From positions 192,001 to 256,000 of the forward strand of contig CAVVMW010000006.1 of the NCBI GenBank assembly GCA_963749495.1: a stretch of DNA of 64,000 nucleotides. The letters are read 5' to 3'. The notes under the pieces are model-generated. The model worked only from the letters and a program-made list of their open reading frames with translations, did not search any database and was not told the DNA's origin. Source of the DNA: an uncultured bacterium (GTDB lineage Bacteria > Verrucomicrobiota > Verrucomicrobiia > Limisphaerales > UBA8199). Of this stretch, positions 10,157 through 20,499 are shown one piece after another (position 1 is the first letter of the stretch; every line of letters begins with the position of its first letter). The position numbers were made by a program, and so were the translations under genes.

Positions 10157-12847
10157 TTACTGCGCCAGCACCACCCGGTAAAACCGCTGCGCGGCCTGCC
10201 CGGCGGGGTCCGAAGCGGTTTGGCTTGAGGAGGTGGCAGTGATCGGACTGCCCAGGGCATTCCAGGTGGGTTGGGCCAGATCGGTCTTGTACTGGACCTG
10301 ATAGACAAGGCCCGGGACCGCGTTCCAGGTGAAGAGGACCGTTGACCCGGCCAGCACGGGGAACTGGAGCGCCGGCACAGAGAAGGGCACGAGGCTGATG
10401 TCATCGAGGCCAAAGTACTGCGGGTCGTTCCGGAACTGGAACTGGAGGGTCGTCGAGGTGCCAGCCGCCGTGACCAGGAATTGCACATTGGTCCAGCTCA
10501 CTTGCGGCATGTCGTATGAATCGAAAAGGTTTGTCGCCGCCCCGGTGCCGGCGTTCCAGGTGATGTGGAACTGGTTGGGCGTGTCGCCGGTGAAGGGGTT
10601 GGCCATCCAAAGGGAGAGCAAGTAGGACATGCCGGGGGCGGTGGCGACCGTTTGGGAGAGGGAGCCGAGCGAGCCGCTTTGGCCCAGGAGGGCGCCATAG
10701 GTGCCCGAGTGAACGACGGCCGGCCTGGAGTGACGGCCGGTTTTGGTGCCAACGTAATTATAACCGCTGTCGCCGACCAGCGTCCAATAGGAGAAGTCGC
10801 CGGTCTCAAAATCGCCGTTGGCGATCAGGTTCTGGCCGATTTGGACGGTGAACTGGCGGCTTTGGACGGCCCCGCTGGATTGGTTGGTGAACGTGATGCT
10901 GGCCGAATAAACACCGGCTGCCAGGCTGGCGGCAGCCCCATTCAAGGCCACGGTGACGTTGGTTTGGGGCGAATCCGGCGTGAGCGTGCCAGAGGTGGGC
11001 GCGGCATCCAGCCAGGGCGCGGGGTTGAGAACCGCCCAGCTCAGGGCCGCAGCGCCCGCGTTGGTCAGGGAGAAGGTCTGCGCGCTCACGCTGAAGGGGC
11101 CGCCTGTTGCGCCGCTGGCCGTAAAGCCCGCTGCCGGGCTCACGCGCAGGGCGTCGGGCGGTCCGGCCAGGGCATTGATGAGACTCAGCCCGGCGGGCGT
11201 GCCCCAACCGGTACACAAGTCGTAGCCGGCGACCGCCGGGAATTGGGCGCCGCTGCTCGGGTCATAATTGTTGCCGGTCTTGATATCATGAAACGCCGCC
11301 GAATATTGCGACCCTTTGCCAATCGCGTAGAGTGCCGGGTTCAGGAAGCCGACGGTCGAACCGCCCGCAGCCAGGGCTTGCTGGTTGACCAGGGCGGTGA
11401 ACCCCGCCCAGAGCGGCGCCCCGCAACTGGTGCCTCCGAAAGGGCCCGACTTGCCGTTGCCGTAGGTCACCCAGACGCCGTCGGCAATGAGGGCGACATC
11501 GGGGATGTTCCGGCTGGTCGTCGAGCCGTGATTGGCCGACATGCTGATGCCCTGTTGCCAGCTTGGGATCAAGTAGAGCGTGCTGATCCCCCCGCCGCTG
11601 GCGCCCGAAGATCCTCCGGCGGCCGTGTTCCAATTCCAGACCTTTTCCGACACCCATGACCCGCCCGGCCCGCTGGTGGTCAGGGTCGTCCCCCCCACGA
11701 TCGTGATGTAAGGGTCGTCGTCCGGGGCTGGGATTGGCCCCACATACGCCCCGTTATCGCCCGATGCGTTGAAGAACGACTGGCCCTGCGCCGCGAATTG
11801 CCGGAAGATCTGGTCCGTGGTGGGCGTGGCGGGGAAGTCCCAGGAACAGCTCAATTGCTTGGCTGCGTTCTGCGTCGCCATTCGGCTCAGAAGATCGTCG
11901 CCGTTGCTGTTGAGCGAGGCTTCATAGACGATGACCTTCGAGACCCCGGGCGCCATGGCGATGGCCATCTCGATGTCCAGCGACACTTCGCCATTGCCGC
12001 TGTAAGGGCCGGTGGTGGGGACCCCGTTGAACCCGTCCACCAGCACGTACTCCACTGGCACGCTCGGGATGCCGGATTGCGTCTCGTAGGCGCTGATGTC
12101 ACTGGCATAATAACCGTCGAATTCAAGCAGTCCAATCGCCTGGCCGGTCCCGGTGAGGCCCACGCCGGGGGCGTAAGCGGCGCGGAAATCGTTTCCCCGG
12201 TAGTTGCCGCCGGGGCCCGAGCCGCCCTTGGGAGCCGCATTGGCCTGGTCGAGCGGAACCGGCCGAAGATCCCGCGGGCGCGGCACCCGGTAATTGTCGA
12301 GGCCGCCGATGGCCAGCACCGGGACCTCCAACTGGAGCGACGGCTCGACCGCCGGCGCATAAAACGTCCGCGCCTCCCGCGGGTGCGGATAGAGGCGCAG
12401 CGTGATCTGGAAAGCCCGTTCGATGCCGGACGCCAGCCCATTGACGCTCAGCACAACGCGGTTGGGGTGCAGTTCGCTCACACGGAGGCCGTTGGCCTGC
12501 GCGAACCGGATCAGCGCCTGGTAATCCTGCTCGGTGGGACCGAACCTCTCCGCAAACTGTTCGGCCGTCAGGTAATGGTGGTACTGGGGGCTGGCCGGGT
12601 CATAGAGTTCCTGCAGCAGCGCCGCCAGCGCGTTGCGGTTGCGCAGCGGCAGCCCGATTGCCAGGTTCAACCGCGTCGAGCCATCCAGCCTGCCCACGGA
12701 TTGCACCTCCGATTTCGCCACCGCCGCCGGCACGTGGCCCCGCAGCACCTGCCTGTCCAACGCGCGGCCCGGCTGTGGAAAAACCGCCAAAGACAAAAAA
12801 ACCGCAGACAAAAACACCCCAACCCTCCGCTCACCTCGGTTTCTCAT
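10157..12847 (-). CDS. Secreted S53 (sedolisin/kumamolisin) peptidase with pro-domain, BACON/Ig-like and CBM-like domains, C-terminal RFYR domain
   Basis: Signal peptide; pro-kumamolisin (YHHYLTAEQFAERFGP); EVSLD, ASGDNG, RNIPDVA, GGTSCGAP, GYDLCTGWGTP; NLIANGDFETGDF. Confidence 0.92.
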   Translation of the reverse strand: MRNRGERRVGVFLSAVFLSLAVFPQPGRALDRQVLRGHVPAAVAKSEVQSVGRLDGSTRLNLAIGLPLRNRNALAALLQELYDPASPQYHHYLTAEQFAERFGPTEQDYQALIRFAQANGLRVSELHPNRVVLSVNGLASGIERAFQITLRLYPHPREARTFYAPAVEPSLQLEVPVLAIGGLDNYRVPRPRDLRPVPLDQANAAPKGGSGPGGNYRGNDFRAAYAPGVGLTGTGQAIGLLEFDGYYASDISAYETQSGIPSVPVEYVLVDGFNGVPTTGPYSGNGEVSLDIEMAIAMAPGVSKVIVYEASLNSNGDDLLSRMATQNAAKQLSCSWDFPATPTTDQIFRQFAAQGQSFFNASGDNGAYVGPIPAPDDDPYITIVGGTTLTTSGPGGSWVSEKVWNWNTAAGGSSGASGGGISTLYLIPSWQQGISMSANHGSTTSRNIPDVALIADGVWVTYGNGKSGPFGGTSCGAPLWAGFTALVNQQALAAGGSTVGFLNPALYAIGKGSQYSAAFHDIKTGNNYDPSSGAQFPAVAGYDLCTGWGTPAGLSLINALAGPPDALRVSPAAGFTASGATGGPFSVSAQTFSLTNAGAAALSWAVLNPAPWLDAAPTSGTLTPDSPQTNVTVALNGAAASLAAGVYSASITFTNQSSGAVQSRQFTVQIGQNLIANGDFETGDFSYWTLVGDSGYNYVGTKTGRHSRPAVVHSGTYGALLGQSGSLGSLSQTVATAPGMSYLLSLWMANPFTGDTPNQFHITWNAGTGAATNLFDSYDMPQVSWTNVQFLVTAAGTSTTLQFQFRNDPQYFGLDDISLVPFSVPALQFPVLAGSTVLFTWNAVPGLVYQVQYKTDLAQPTWNALGSPITATSSSQTASDPAGQAAQRFYRVVLAQ

Positions 12848-13116
12848 AATGTCTTGATTCGGATGCGCGCAACTCGCGTCTCGGATTCTCGTAATGCCGC
12901 CGACGCTCCGGGGGTTGACTTAGCAACTCGGGTGCCAAGTGTCAACCACTGGCAGAATCCGTTGCGAAACAAGGAATTGCCGACCGCACCGGAGTTTCCG
13001 ACCGGCTTGCTCGTGGCCGCGAATGGGAACCAGTTCCCAGATGGGAACCAGTTCCCAAGCTCCCGCAAGAATGTGCGGTGTGATTAAGACCGTCAGTCAG
13101 CCCATGGCGCCTTTTT

Positions 13117-13205
13117 GCCCCGAAGGGGCTTCCGACAATAGCCCGGCGTTTCAACGCCGGGTCAGCGGCCCCGACGAGCGGGTCCGTCCCGAAGGGACGG
13201 CTGAA
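13117..13205. repeat. REP-like element (GCCCCGAAGGGGC ... CGTCCCGAAGGGACG)
   Basis: Three short hairpins including CCCGGCGTTTCAACGCCGGG. Confidence 0.6.
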
Positions 13206-13296
13206 GGCAAAATCCCTTGACACAGCCGGCTCATGGGGTTAAGCGGTTGATCCAGACACGCCAACCGTGGACTCGTGATCTCCAACAGATCAGGTT

Positions 13297-14040
13297 ATGA
13301 AGGAATCCCATGCTGCCCGCGCGGTCCGCTCGTTTACTCTTATCGAACTGCTGGTGGTGATCGCCATCATTGCCATCCTGGCGGCGATGCTGCTGCCGGC
13401 GCTGGCCAGCGCCAAGAACAAGGCAAACAGGGTGCGATGCACCAGCAACCACCACCAAATCGCCCTCGGCTTCCACATGTACGCCAACGACAGCAGCGAC
13501 CTGTTTCCAGTCTATACGGATTGGGGCGACTGGGGCGGCAAGACCGGGGTCATGACGCTCCATGGAGGGCACTACCCGGCCGAGAAGCGGCCCCTCAACA
13601 AGTACGTGCCGGCTGTCGAGGCCTTCCACTGCCCGGCCGACAAGGGCGATTCCCTCTGGAAAGACCTTTTCCCGCCCAATATTCACAGTTGCTACGATGG
13701 CTGGGGCAACAGCTACCTGGCGGTCTGGGCCTTGGAAACGATGCGGATCAAGCATGTGACCGGGGACTCGCTTGCCGCCGCCTCAGACCCCGCGAGCAAG
13801 CCGATGAAGATGAGCGAGGTGGCCGTGCATCCCTCCAACAAGCTCATCGAAGGAGACTGGCTGTGGTGGGCGGACCGTGACAAGAACGACCCCTGGAGCC
13901 AGTGGCACAATTACCACGGCCAGTACCGGGTGAACGTTCTCTGGGGCGACGGGCACACGGAGTTCTTCATGTTCCCCAAGGAGACCTACCAGTGGGATTA
14001 TACCGGCCCGGCCCCGGATCCGTACTTCAAATGGTGGTAG
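13297..14040 (+). CDS. Prepilin-type N-terminal cleavage/methylation protein (DUF1559 / H-X9-DG type)
   Basis: [32 protein letters not shown]-terminal H...VNVLWGDGH. Confidence 0.9.
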   Translation: MKESHAARAVRSFTLIELLVVIAIIAILAAMLLPALASAKNKANRVRCTSNHHQIALGFHMYANDSSDLFPVYTDWGDWGGKTGVMTLHGGHYPAEKRPLNKYVPAVEAFHCPADKGDSLWKDLFPPNIHSCYDGWGNSYLAVWALETMRIKHVTGDSLAAASDPASKPMKMSEVAVHPSNKLIEGDWLWWADRDKNDPWSQWHNYHGQYRVNVLWGDGHTEFFMFPKETYQWDYTGPAPDPYFKWW

Positions 14041-14051
14041 ATCAGCCTATT

Positions 14052-15533
14052 TCAAACCCGATTCACCAGTTCTTTTTCGATCTGTTCGAGGGTCTTTCCC
14101 TTGGTTTCCGGGACGCAGAGGTAAATGAAGAAGAAACCGGCAAAGCAGATGCCGGCATAGAGCCAGAAGGTGCCGGCCATGCCGATTTGGCCGGTGAGGA
14201 TAGGGAACATGAAGGTGAGGATGAAGCAGGCGATCCACAGGGCGGAGACGGCGACGGAGACGGCGGCGCCGCGGATGCGGTTGGGGAAGATCTCGGAGAT
14301 GAGCACCCAGGTCACCGGGGCCAGGGACATGCTGTAGCAACCCAGGGCTGAGAGGGTGAAGAGGAGCACAGGCAGGCCCTTCATGGCCAGGGCGTAGGCG
14401 ATGCCGATCAGCAGGTGCGAGAGCCCGATGCCCGCGCAGCCGATGAGCATGAGCAGGCGGCGCCCAAAGCGATCCACCGTGCCGATGGCCAGCATCGTGA
14501 AAGCAAAGTTAATCGCGCCCGTGATGACGATGTTGAACATGACCTGGCTGTTGCGGTAGCCGGCCGACTTGTAGATTTCCTCGGCGTAGTTGAAGATCGA
14601 GTTGATGCCGCTCCACTGCTGGAGCACGGCCAGCGCCATGCCCACCAGGAGGATCTTCTTGAGGCCGGGTTCGAGCAGGTCGCGGAAGCGCACGCGCCGG
14701 ACCTCGTCGGCGGCTATGGTGCCCTGGATCTCGAGCACGGCCTGGTCCGACCAGGCCTGGCCGCCGATGCGGGCCAGGATGCGGCGGGCGCAGTCGGTGC
14801 GGCCATTCTTGACCAGCCATCGCGGGCTCTCGGGGATGAGCAGCGCACCCACGAAAAACAAGACCGACGGGGCGGCCACGGCCGTGAACATCCAGCGCCA
14901 GCCGCTGGCGATGTTCCAGGCCTGGCGCGCCGCCTCGGCGGCCGCGGCGCCGGCCCCGGCATGGGGCAGCTTCACTGCGAGCCACCAGTTCACGACCTGG
15001 GCCGCGAAAATGCCCGTCACAATGGTCAATTGGTTGATGGCCACCAGGCGCCCGCGCAAGGCGGCAGGCGCCACCTCGGCGATGTACATGGGCGAGAGGT
15101 TGGAGGCCATGCCGATGGCCACGCCGCCCAGAATGCGCCAGGCCACGAACCAGTGGAGGCTGGACGCCCAGCCGGTCAGCACCGAGGACACCGCGAAGAG
15201 CACCGCCGCGCTGACCAGCAATCGCTTGCGGCCGAACTTGTCGCTCAACCCGCCCGTCAAAAGCGAACCCAACAGGCAACCGAGCAGGGCGCAGCTATTG
15301 ACCCAGCCGCTGAGGGCCTTGTCGGTCACGGCGCCGGCAACGCCATTGGCCGAGACGGTGTGCGTGATCCCGAAAAAGGGCTGGAAAAACAGCTTGGCGC
15401 CCCCGATGACCACCCAGTCGTAACCGAAGAGCAGGCCGCCCAGAGCCGCGACAAGCGAGATCATCCAAATATAGCCGACGTTCAGGCGGGCCGTGTCCTG
15501 CCCGGGTCCGGGGGTGCTGGTTGCCGTTATCAT
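14052..15533 (-). CDS. MFS sugar porter (XylE/AraE-like)
   Basis: GGLLFGYD, DKFGRK, PESPRWL, QQWSGIN, DRFGRR, SEIFP, PETKGKTLE. Confidence 0.95.
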   Translation of the reverse strand: MITATSTPGPGQDTARLNVGYIWMISLVAALGGLLFGYDWVVIGGAKLFFQPFFGITHTVSANGVAGAVTDKALSGWVNSCALLGCLLGSLLTGGLSDKFGRKRLLVSAAVLFAVSSVLTGWASSLHWFVAWRILGGVAIGMASNLSPMYIAEVAPAALRGRLVAINQLTIVTGIFAAQVVNWWLAVKLPHAGAGAAAAEAARQAWNIASGWRWMFTAVAAPSVLFFVGALLIPESPRWLVKNGRTDCARRILARIGGQAWSDQAVLEIQGTIAADEVRRVRFRDLLEPGLKKILLVGMALAVLQQWSGINSIFNYAEEIYKSAGYRNSQVMFNIVITGAINFAFTMLAIGTVDRFGRRLLMLIGCAGIGLSHLLIGIAYALAMKGLPVLLFTLSALGCYSMSLAPVTWVLISEIFPNRIRGAAVSVAVSALWIACFILTFMFPILTGQIGMAGTFWLYAGICFAGFFFIYLCVPETKGKTLEQIEKELVNRV

Positions 15534-15595
15534 CAGTCTGTGACGCGCCCCCAGTGTACCAGGCCCGCCGGGGAAGGGAATCTTTTACGGCCGAC

Positions 15596-15622
15596 TCAAG
15601 TGAGCTTAGGAACGGCCGATAA
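15596..15622 (+). promoter_or_regulatory. Candidate sigma-28 promoter with no obvious cognate gene
   Basis: TCAA-N15-GCCGATAA. Confidence 0.55.
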
Positions 15623-15842
15623 GAGAGGTGCGGCTTGAACGAACCGTGGCACGAATGGGGCTGCGGCCAGCCTTGGAAGGGTTTCTCGTTCAGGCAGGCA
15701 CGGCGCGAACCGAGCCACGGCGAACCGGGCACCATGGATGATGCCGGGTTTTCAGGCCGGAACGCGCTGCGAACGAGCTACCCGGGTGGAGCTGGTCTCC
15801 GCCCGGGTCCGTGTTTTAGAGGGCGGTGCAAGACTTTTCCGC

Positions 15843-15870
15843 TAAAGCCGGTCAGGCCGCTTGCCGATAT
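15843..15870 (+). promoter_or_regulatory. sigma-28 promoter of fliD
   Basis: TAAA-N16-GCCGATAT, 23 nt upstream of ATG. Confidence 0.7.
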
Positions 15871-15893
15871 ACGAACTGCAACAGTAGAACATT

Positions 15894-17654
15894 ATGGCAA
15901 GCGTTTCCTCCACTTCATCGGGCACCACCACCGATCTGGCCATCGCCGGGCTGGCCTCCGGGTTCGACTGGCAGAGCTTGGTCACCCAACTGGTCCAGGC
16001 CGATCGCGCCCCGGAGCAGGTGCTCCAGACCCAGCAGAGCACTTTGCAGCAGCAAAACCAGGCCCTGAGCAGCATCAAGACCGAACTGGGCGTGCTCCAA
16101 AACTCGGTCACCACCCTCAAAGACCCAAGCTTGTTCGACAGCCGGACCGCCACGCCTTCGGATAGCACGCTGGCCTCGGCCACGGCCGCCGCCGGGACCG
16201 CCCTGGGCACCTACAGTTTCAGTGTCACCCAGCTTGCCAGCGCCGCCTTGTTGCAGGGCAGCCCGCAGGCAGGGGGGGGCCTCAGCCCAACCGATGACGT
16301 CTCCACCCTCGCCTTGAACACCGCCCCCTTCGCCACGCCCGTCACCGCAGGCACCTTCACCGTCAACGGCAAACAAATCTCCATCGCCGCCACCGACACG
16401 CTCAAAAGCGTCTTCGACCAGATCAGCAGCCAGACGGGCGGGGCGGTCACGGCCGCCTATTCGGCGCAGAACGACCAGATCACCCTCAGCAGTTCCAGCA
16501 CCATTGTGCTGGGGAGCGCGACCGACACGAGCAACTTCCTGCAAGTGGCCAAACTGAGCAACAACGGCACCGGCACTGTCGCCAGCTCGGCCAAGCTGGG
16601 GGCGGTCAACATGAGCGGTCCACTGGATCAGAGCAACCTGGTGGTCCCGGTGAACGACGGCGGGGCGGGCGCTTTCACCATCAATGGCGTGACCATCAAT
16701 TTCAGCGCCACCGCCGACAGCATGACCAACGTGATTAACCGGATCAACGACTCCGGCGCGGGAGTGGTGGCCGGCTACGACGCGGTGAACAACCGGTTCA
16801 CGCTCACCAACACGAGCACCGGGGACGTTGGCATCAGCCTCCAGGACGTGAGCGGCAATTTTCTTGCGGCCACCGGCCTGCTCGGGGGAAAGCTGGTGCG
16901 CGGGAACAACCTCCTTTACACGGTCAACAGCGGGCCCCAGCTCTCCAGCCAGACCGACACGATCTCGGCAGACACCTCCGGCCTGACCGGCCTGAGCGTG
17001 ACCGCTCTGAACAAAGGCCAATTCACCGTGTCCGTGGCCGCGGATACCGCCACGATCAAGAGCGCCATCACCGGCTTCGTCCAGGAATACAACAAGGTGC
17101 AATCCGTCATCAACACCCAGACAGCCAGCACCACCGATGCCAGCGGCAACGTCACCGCCGGCCCGCTCACGGGCGACTCGGAGACTGAACAACTCAGCGC
17201 CGCATTGCGCAACCTGGTCAACTCGACGGTCTCGGGCCTCTCCGGCACGCTCTCGCGCCTGGATGGCCTGGGCTTCACTTCCAACGGCCAGGACAATTCG
17301 CTCTCCACCACCGATTTGAGCGGGCTGGATTCGGCGCTGGCCAATAACCTCTCCGGCCTCAAGGCCCTGTTCACCAACAGCAGCAGCGGGCTGGCGGTGC
17401 AATTCAACACGCTGCTGACCAGCACGATTGGCGACAACGGCTCGCTGACGGCGCACCAAACCACGCTCACCAACGAATCCAATGACATCAACACGCAGGT
17501 GAGCAACATCGAGAAGCAGGTGCTGGTTTACCAGCAGCAATTGACCGACGAATTCGTGGCCATGGAGACGGCGCAGTCCCAGATCAATCAACAATTGCAG
17601 TACCTCCAGGACACTTTCGGCGGGAGCACGACAAGCACCGGCACCATCGGCTAA
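15894..17654 (+). CDS. fliD: Flagellar filament cap protein FliD
   Basis: GLASGFDWQSLVTQLV N-terminus, FSVTQLA, FVQEYNKV, C-terminal EFVAMETAQSQINQQLQYL; adjacent to flagellin. Confidence 0.92.
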   Translation: MASVSSTSSGTTTDLAIAGLASGFDWQSLVTQLVQADRAPEQVLQTQQSTLQQQNQALSSIKTELGVLQNSVTTLKDPSLFDSRTATPSDSTLASATAAAGTALGTYSFSVTQLASAALLQGSPQAGGGLSPTDDVSTLALNTAPFATPVTAGTFTVNGKQISIAATDTLKSVFDQISSQTGGAVTAAYSAQNDQITLSSSSTIVLGSATDTSNFLQVAKLSNNGTGTVASSAKLGAVNMSGPLDQSNLVVPVNDGGAGAFTINGVTINFSATADSMTNVINRINDSGAGVVAGYDAVNNRFTLTNTSTGDVGISLQDVSGNFLAATGLLGGKLVRGNNLLYTVNSGPQLSSQTDTISADTSGLTGLSVTALNKGQFTVSVAADTATIKSAITGFVQEYNKVQSVINTQTASTTDASGNVTAGPLTGDSETEQLSAALRNLVNSTVSGLSGTLSRLDGLGFTSNGQDNSLSTTDLSGLDSALANNLSGLKALFTNSSSGLAVQFNTLLTSTIGDNGSLTAHQTTLTNESNDINTQVSNIEKQVLVYQQQLTDEFVAMETAQSQINQQLQYLQDTFGGSTTSTGTIG

Positions 17655-17678
17655 AGTTTTTTTCCAGTCTGCCGATAA
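17652..17678 (+). promoter_or_regulatory. sigma-28 promoter of fliC1 (-35 box overlaps fliD stop codon)
   Basis: TAAAGTTT-N11-GCCGATAA, full consensus. Confidence 0.9.
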
Positions 17679-17697
17679 CCTCGGCAACAGAATGAAG

Positions 17698-17819
17698 AGG
17701 CGGCCGGCAGCCTTTAAGAGCCGGCAAGGAAAACGGTGGATGCCTTGAGTTCCGCCTCGCGGCAAGGATGCCGCGAAACAACAAAACCCCCCCCGGGGTG
17801 ACTCACGGAAGGAGTCAAT
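17698..17819 (+). promoter_or_regulatory. Structured flagellin leader with ANGGA hairpins (CsrA-type sites)
   Basis: GCGGC-AAGGAT-GCCGC and TGACTC-ACGGAAG-GAGTCA hairpins; conserved in the fliC2 leader. Confidence 0.7.
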
Positions 17820-18629
17820 ATGGTAATCAATACAAACATCGCGGCTGAAAACAGCGCATCGCTGCTCGCCGCCTCGTCTGCCAACCTCGCCAAATCCCTG
17901 CAGCGCCTCTCGTCCGGCTCGAAAATCATCTCCCCCGAGGATGATGCCGCCGGCCTGGCGGCCTCGATCAAGTTCGACGCCCAATCCGCCCGCATTGGCG
18001 CGGCCTCCAACAACATCAGCAACGCCATCTCCTACACCCAGACCCAGGATGGTTTCCTCCAGCAAGTCTCCAACGCCCTGAACCGGATGAGCGAACTGGC
18101 CGTCAGCGCTCAGGACGTGACCAAGACCGACAGCGACCGGTCCTTGTACGACCAGGAGTTCCAGCAACTGGGCAGTTACATCAGCAGCGTCGCCTCAAAG
18201 GACTTCAACGGGGTGAGTCTCTTCGACAACACCACCAAGAACGTCACCATCGACAGCAATGCGGCGACCTGGGGGATGAGCGGGATCAACATGGGGGCCG
18301 GCACGGCCTATGCCACGGCCGTGGCCGACAACATCGCCACCTCGGCCACGGCGCCCACGGCGCTGACGGACGTCAAATTGGCCATCACCGCACTGGCCTC
18401 GGACCGCGCGACCATCGGCGCCAGCCTGGCGCGCCTGAACTACACCAACGAGCAGTTGACCGTCCAGAAGACCAACATTGACGCGGCCAGCAGCAACCTC
18501 AAGGACGTGGACGTGGCCCAGGAGAGCACCAACTACGCCAAGCTCAACATCCTGGTCCAGTCCGGCACGGCCATGTTGGCGCAGGCCAACGCCATGCCGC
18601 AGTCCGTCCTCAAACTCTTGGGCGTCTAG
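17820..18629 (+). CDS. fliC: Flagellin (269 aa, short type)
   Basis: MVINTN, LQRLSSGSKI..DDAAGLA, RMSELAV, DVDVAQE..ILVQSGTAMLAQANAMPQSVLKLL. Confidence 0.97.
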   Translation: MVINTNIAAENSASLLAASSANLAKSLQRLSSGSKIISPEDDAAGLAASIKFDAQSARIGAASNNISNAISYTQTQDGFLQQVSNALNRMSELAVSAQDVTKTDSDRSLYDQEFQQLGSYISSVASKDFNGVSLFDNTTKNVTIDSNAATWGMSGINMGAGTAYATAVADNIATSATAPTALTDVKLAITALASDRATIGASLARLNYTNEQLTVQKTNIDAASSNLKDVDVAQESTNYAKLNILVQSGTAMLAQANAMPQSVLKLLGV

Positions 18630-18671
18630 GTCGGTTTCGGTTCCAAACCAAAGCTCCTCTGAGCAGGAGCG

Positions 18672-18707
18672 ACCGGACGGCGTTGGGGGCGCCGTCCGGT
18701 TCTTTTC
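18672..18707 (+). terminator. Intrinsic terminator after fliC1
   Basis: ACCGGACGGCG-loop-CGCCGTCCGGT followed by TCTTTT; similar hairpin after fliC2. Confidence 0.7.
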
Positions 18708-19152
18708 ATGGCGCAGGTTTGGAAATCTGCGCCGCAGCCTGGGCTCGCCCAGCACCCTCGGAACCGGCCAGTGGACGCTTCCAGATCGGCACCACGCGTT
18801 TCATCTCCTCGATGAGCCATTGGCAGGCGGCAAAGGCCTCGCCGCGGTGCGGGGCGACGATTTCGACCCAGAGCGAGGGCTCGTTCACCGTCACCACCCC
18901 GACTCGATGTGCCAGACGCACCGATTCCACAGGCCAGCGCCTGGCCATCTCGTCGAAGAGCCGTCCGAACTGGCGCTCGGCCATCCGCTGGAAAGACTCA
19001 TATTCAAGGGCCGTGATGGCCGCCCCTTCCTCGCTCCCGCGCACCAGGCCCACAAAGGACACAACCGCGCCCATGGCGCTGGACGCCGAGCGCCGGGCCG
19101 CCAGGGCCGCCTCATCGATCGGTTTCTCGGTCAGGATCAACTCCCGTCTCAT
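18706..19152 (-). CDS. moaE: Molybdopterin synthase catalytic subunit
   Basis: GAVVSFVGLVR, LEYE, HRVG, APHRGEAF, MKRVVPIWK. Confidence 0.92.
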   Translation of the reverse strand: MRRELILTEKPIDEAALAARRSASSAMGAVVSFVGLVRGSEEGAAITALEYESFQRMAERQFGRLFDEMARRWPVESVRLAHRVGVVTVNEPSLWVEIVAPHRGEAFAACQWLIEEMKRVVPIWKRPLAGSEGAGRAQAAAQISKPAP

Positions 19153-19190
19153 CTCGTCGCCCCCCCAGTTCTTCGTTCGAGCCTCTGCCT

Positions 19191-19260
19191 TCGTCATTCG
19201 TCATTCGTCATTCCGTTCTTCCGTCTTCCGTCCTCCGTCCTCCGTCCTCCGCCTTCCGCC
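19191..19260. repeat. Heptamer tandem repeats (TCATTCG, TCCGTCC)
   Basis: Fill the moaD-moaE gap; TCATTCG runs also at 52277-52304 (reverse) and 60678-60704. Confidence 0.85.
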
Positions 19261-19269
19261 CCGCGCCCC

Positions 19270-19515
19270 TCACCCGCCCTGCACCGGTGGAAAGAGCGAA
19301 ATCTCATCGCCCTCCTTGAGCACGCAACTGCGGTCCTGGTACTCCAGGCCCACGGCCGTCAGGGTGGACTTCTCCATGGCGCCCAGCTTTGGAAATCGCG
19401 TGGCCAAGGCCCTCAGCAAGTCGCCCAGCGTCGCGCCGCTGGGCAGCGTCTCCTGGGTCCGGGCGCAGCCGGCCAGGTCCTTGAAATAGGAATAGAAGCA
19501 AACCGTGACGGACAT
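19270..19515 (-). CDS. moaD: Molybdopterin synthase sulfur carrier (MoaD/ThiS)
   Basis: C-terminal LKEGDEISLFPPVQGG; next to moaE. Confidence 0.92.
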   Translation of the reverse strand: MSVTVCFYSYFKDLAGCARTQETLPSGATLGDLLRALATRFPKLGAMEKSTLTAVGLEYQDRSCVLKEGDEISLFPPVQGG

Positions 19516-19619
19516 GGCCCATAAAAGTAAGCGCGGTCCGCAAGCCGGGAAAGCCAAAAGGGACGGTTCGACCGGTCCGACGGGTCCGACCAAATCTAAC
19601 CACCCAACATTGGCACAAC

Positions 19620-19697
19620 CTTTGTCGCGGCCTTTGTCGCCTCCTTTGTTGACAAGCGGGGCATTCGACAAAGGCCGCGACAAAGGCCGCGACGAAG
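19620..19697. repeat. 12-nt-period inverted tandem repeat (CTTTGTCG/CGACAAAG)
   Basis: 3 + 3 units. Confidence 0.9.
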
Positions 19698-19774
19698 GTC
19701 CAAAACCCGCATGGCTGTGCCAATGTCAATTGTTCCGATTTACTCCTACGCTGGCCCTCTGCCGCAGGCCGCCC

Positions 19775-20397
19775 TCAGGATGCGCGCCCTGGGCCGGCCT
19801 GGCCGAGGGGTCTATAGATGTGGGGGCGCAGCACGCCCACGAAAGGCAGATTGCGGTAGCGCTCGGCGAAATCCAGCCCATAGCCCACTACAAAGAAATC
19901 GGGAATTTCGAACCCGGCATAGTCAGCCTGGATTTTCTCGACCCGGTGGGCCGCCTTGTTGAGCAGAACGCACGTGCGGATGCGGCGTGGTCCCAGGGCC
20001 GGAGTTTGGCCCGCACCCGCCAGAGCGTCTTGCCGGTGTCCAGGATGTCGTCCACCAGCAGCACGTCGCGTCCGCGCACATCCAGCCGCAATTCCTTCGT
20101 GAAGACCAGGTCGCCGGATTCGGTGCCGGCGCCGTAACTGGAGACTCCGATGAAATCCAGCCGCAAGGGCAGCGACAAGTGCCGAATCAAATCCGCCAGG
20201 AACAGGACCGTGCCGTTGAGCAGGGAGACGATGACCAGCTCGCGTCCTGCGAAATCGCGCTGGATTTGGCGCGACATCGCCCGGATGCGGCGCGCTATCT
20301 GGCCCTCGGTAATGAGGATGCGTTCCAGGTCGTTGCGCCAGCGCGGGGGCACGCCCGCGCTCGGGTCCGGCCGCAAGAGAATGCCGCGTCTTCGCAC
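19775..20397 (-). CDS. hpt: Hypoxanthine phosphoribosyltransferase; frameshift ~19990
   Basis: [19 protein letters not shown], then in shifted frame [20 protein letters not shown]; start uncertain. Confidence 0.9.
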
Positions 20398-20459
20398 AAG
20401 ACCGGCATACTAAGGCCCCCGCCCCGGTTGCCGAGCAATTTCTTTTGCGAAGGCGCCGC

Positions 20460-20486
20460 TAAAGTCCTGCGCCGCCCTGCCGATAG
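20460..20486 (+). promoter_or_regulatory. sigma-28 promoter of fliC2
   Basis: TAAAG..-GCCGATAG, 15-nt spacer after TAAA. Confidence 0.85.
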
Positions 20487-20499
20487 ATCACCAGCAGAA

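Noticed and set aside
13022..13058. ATGGGAACCAGTTCCCA tandem palindrome between the protease and prepilin genes
   Set aside because: Could be an operator, but with a single occurrence and no linked regulator it is too weak to call.
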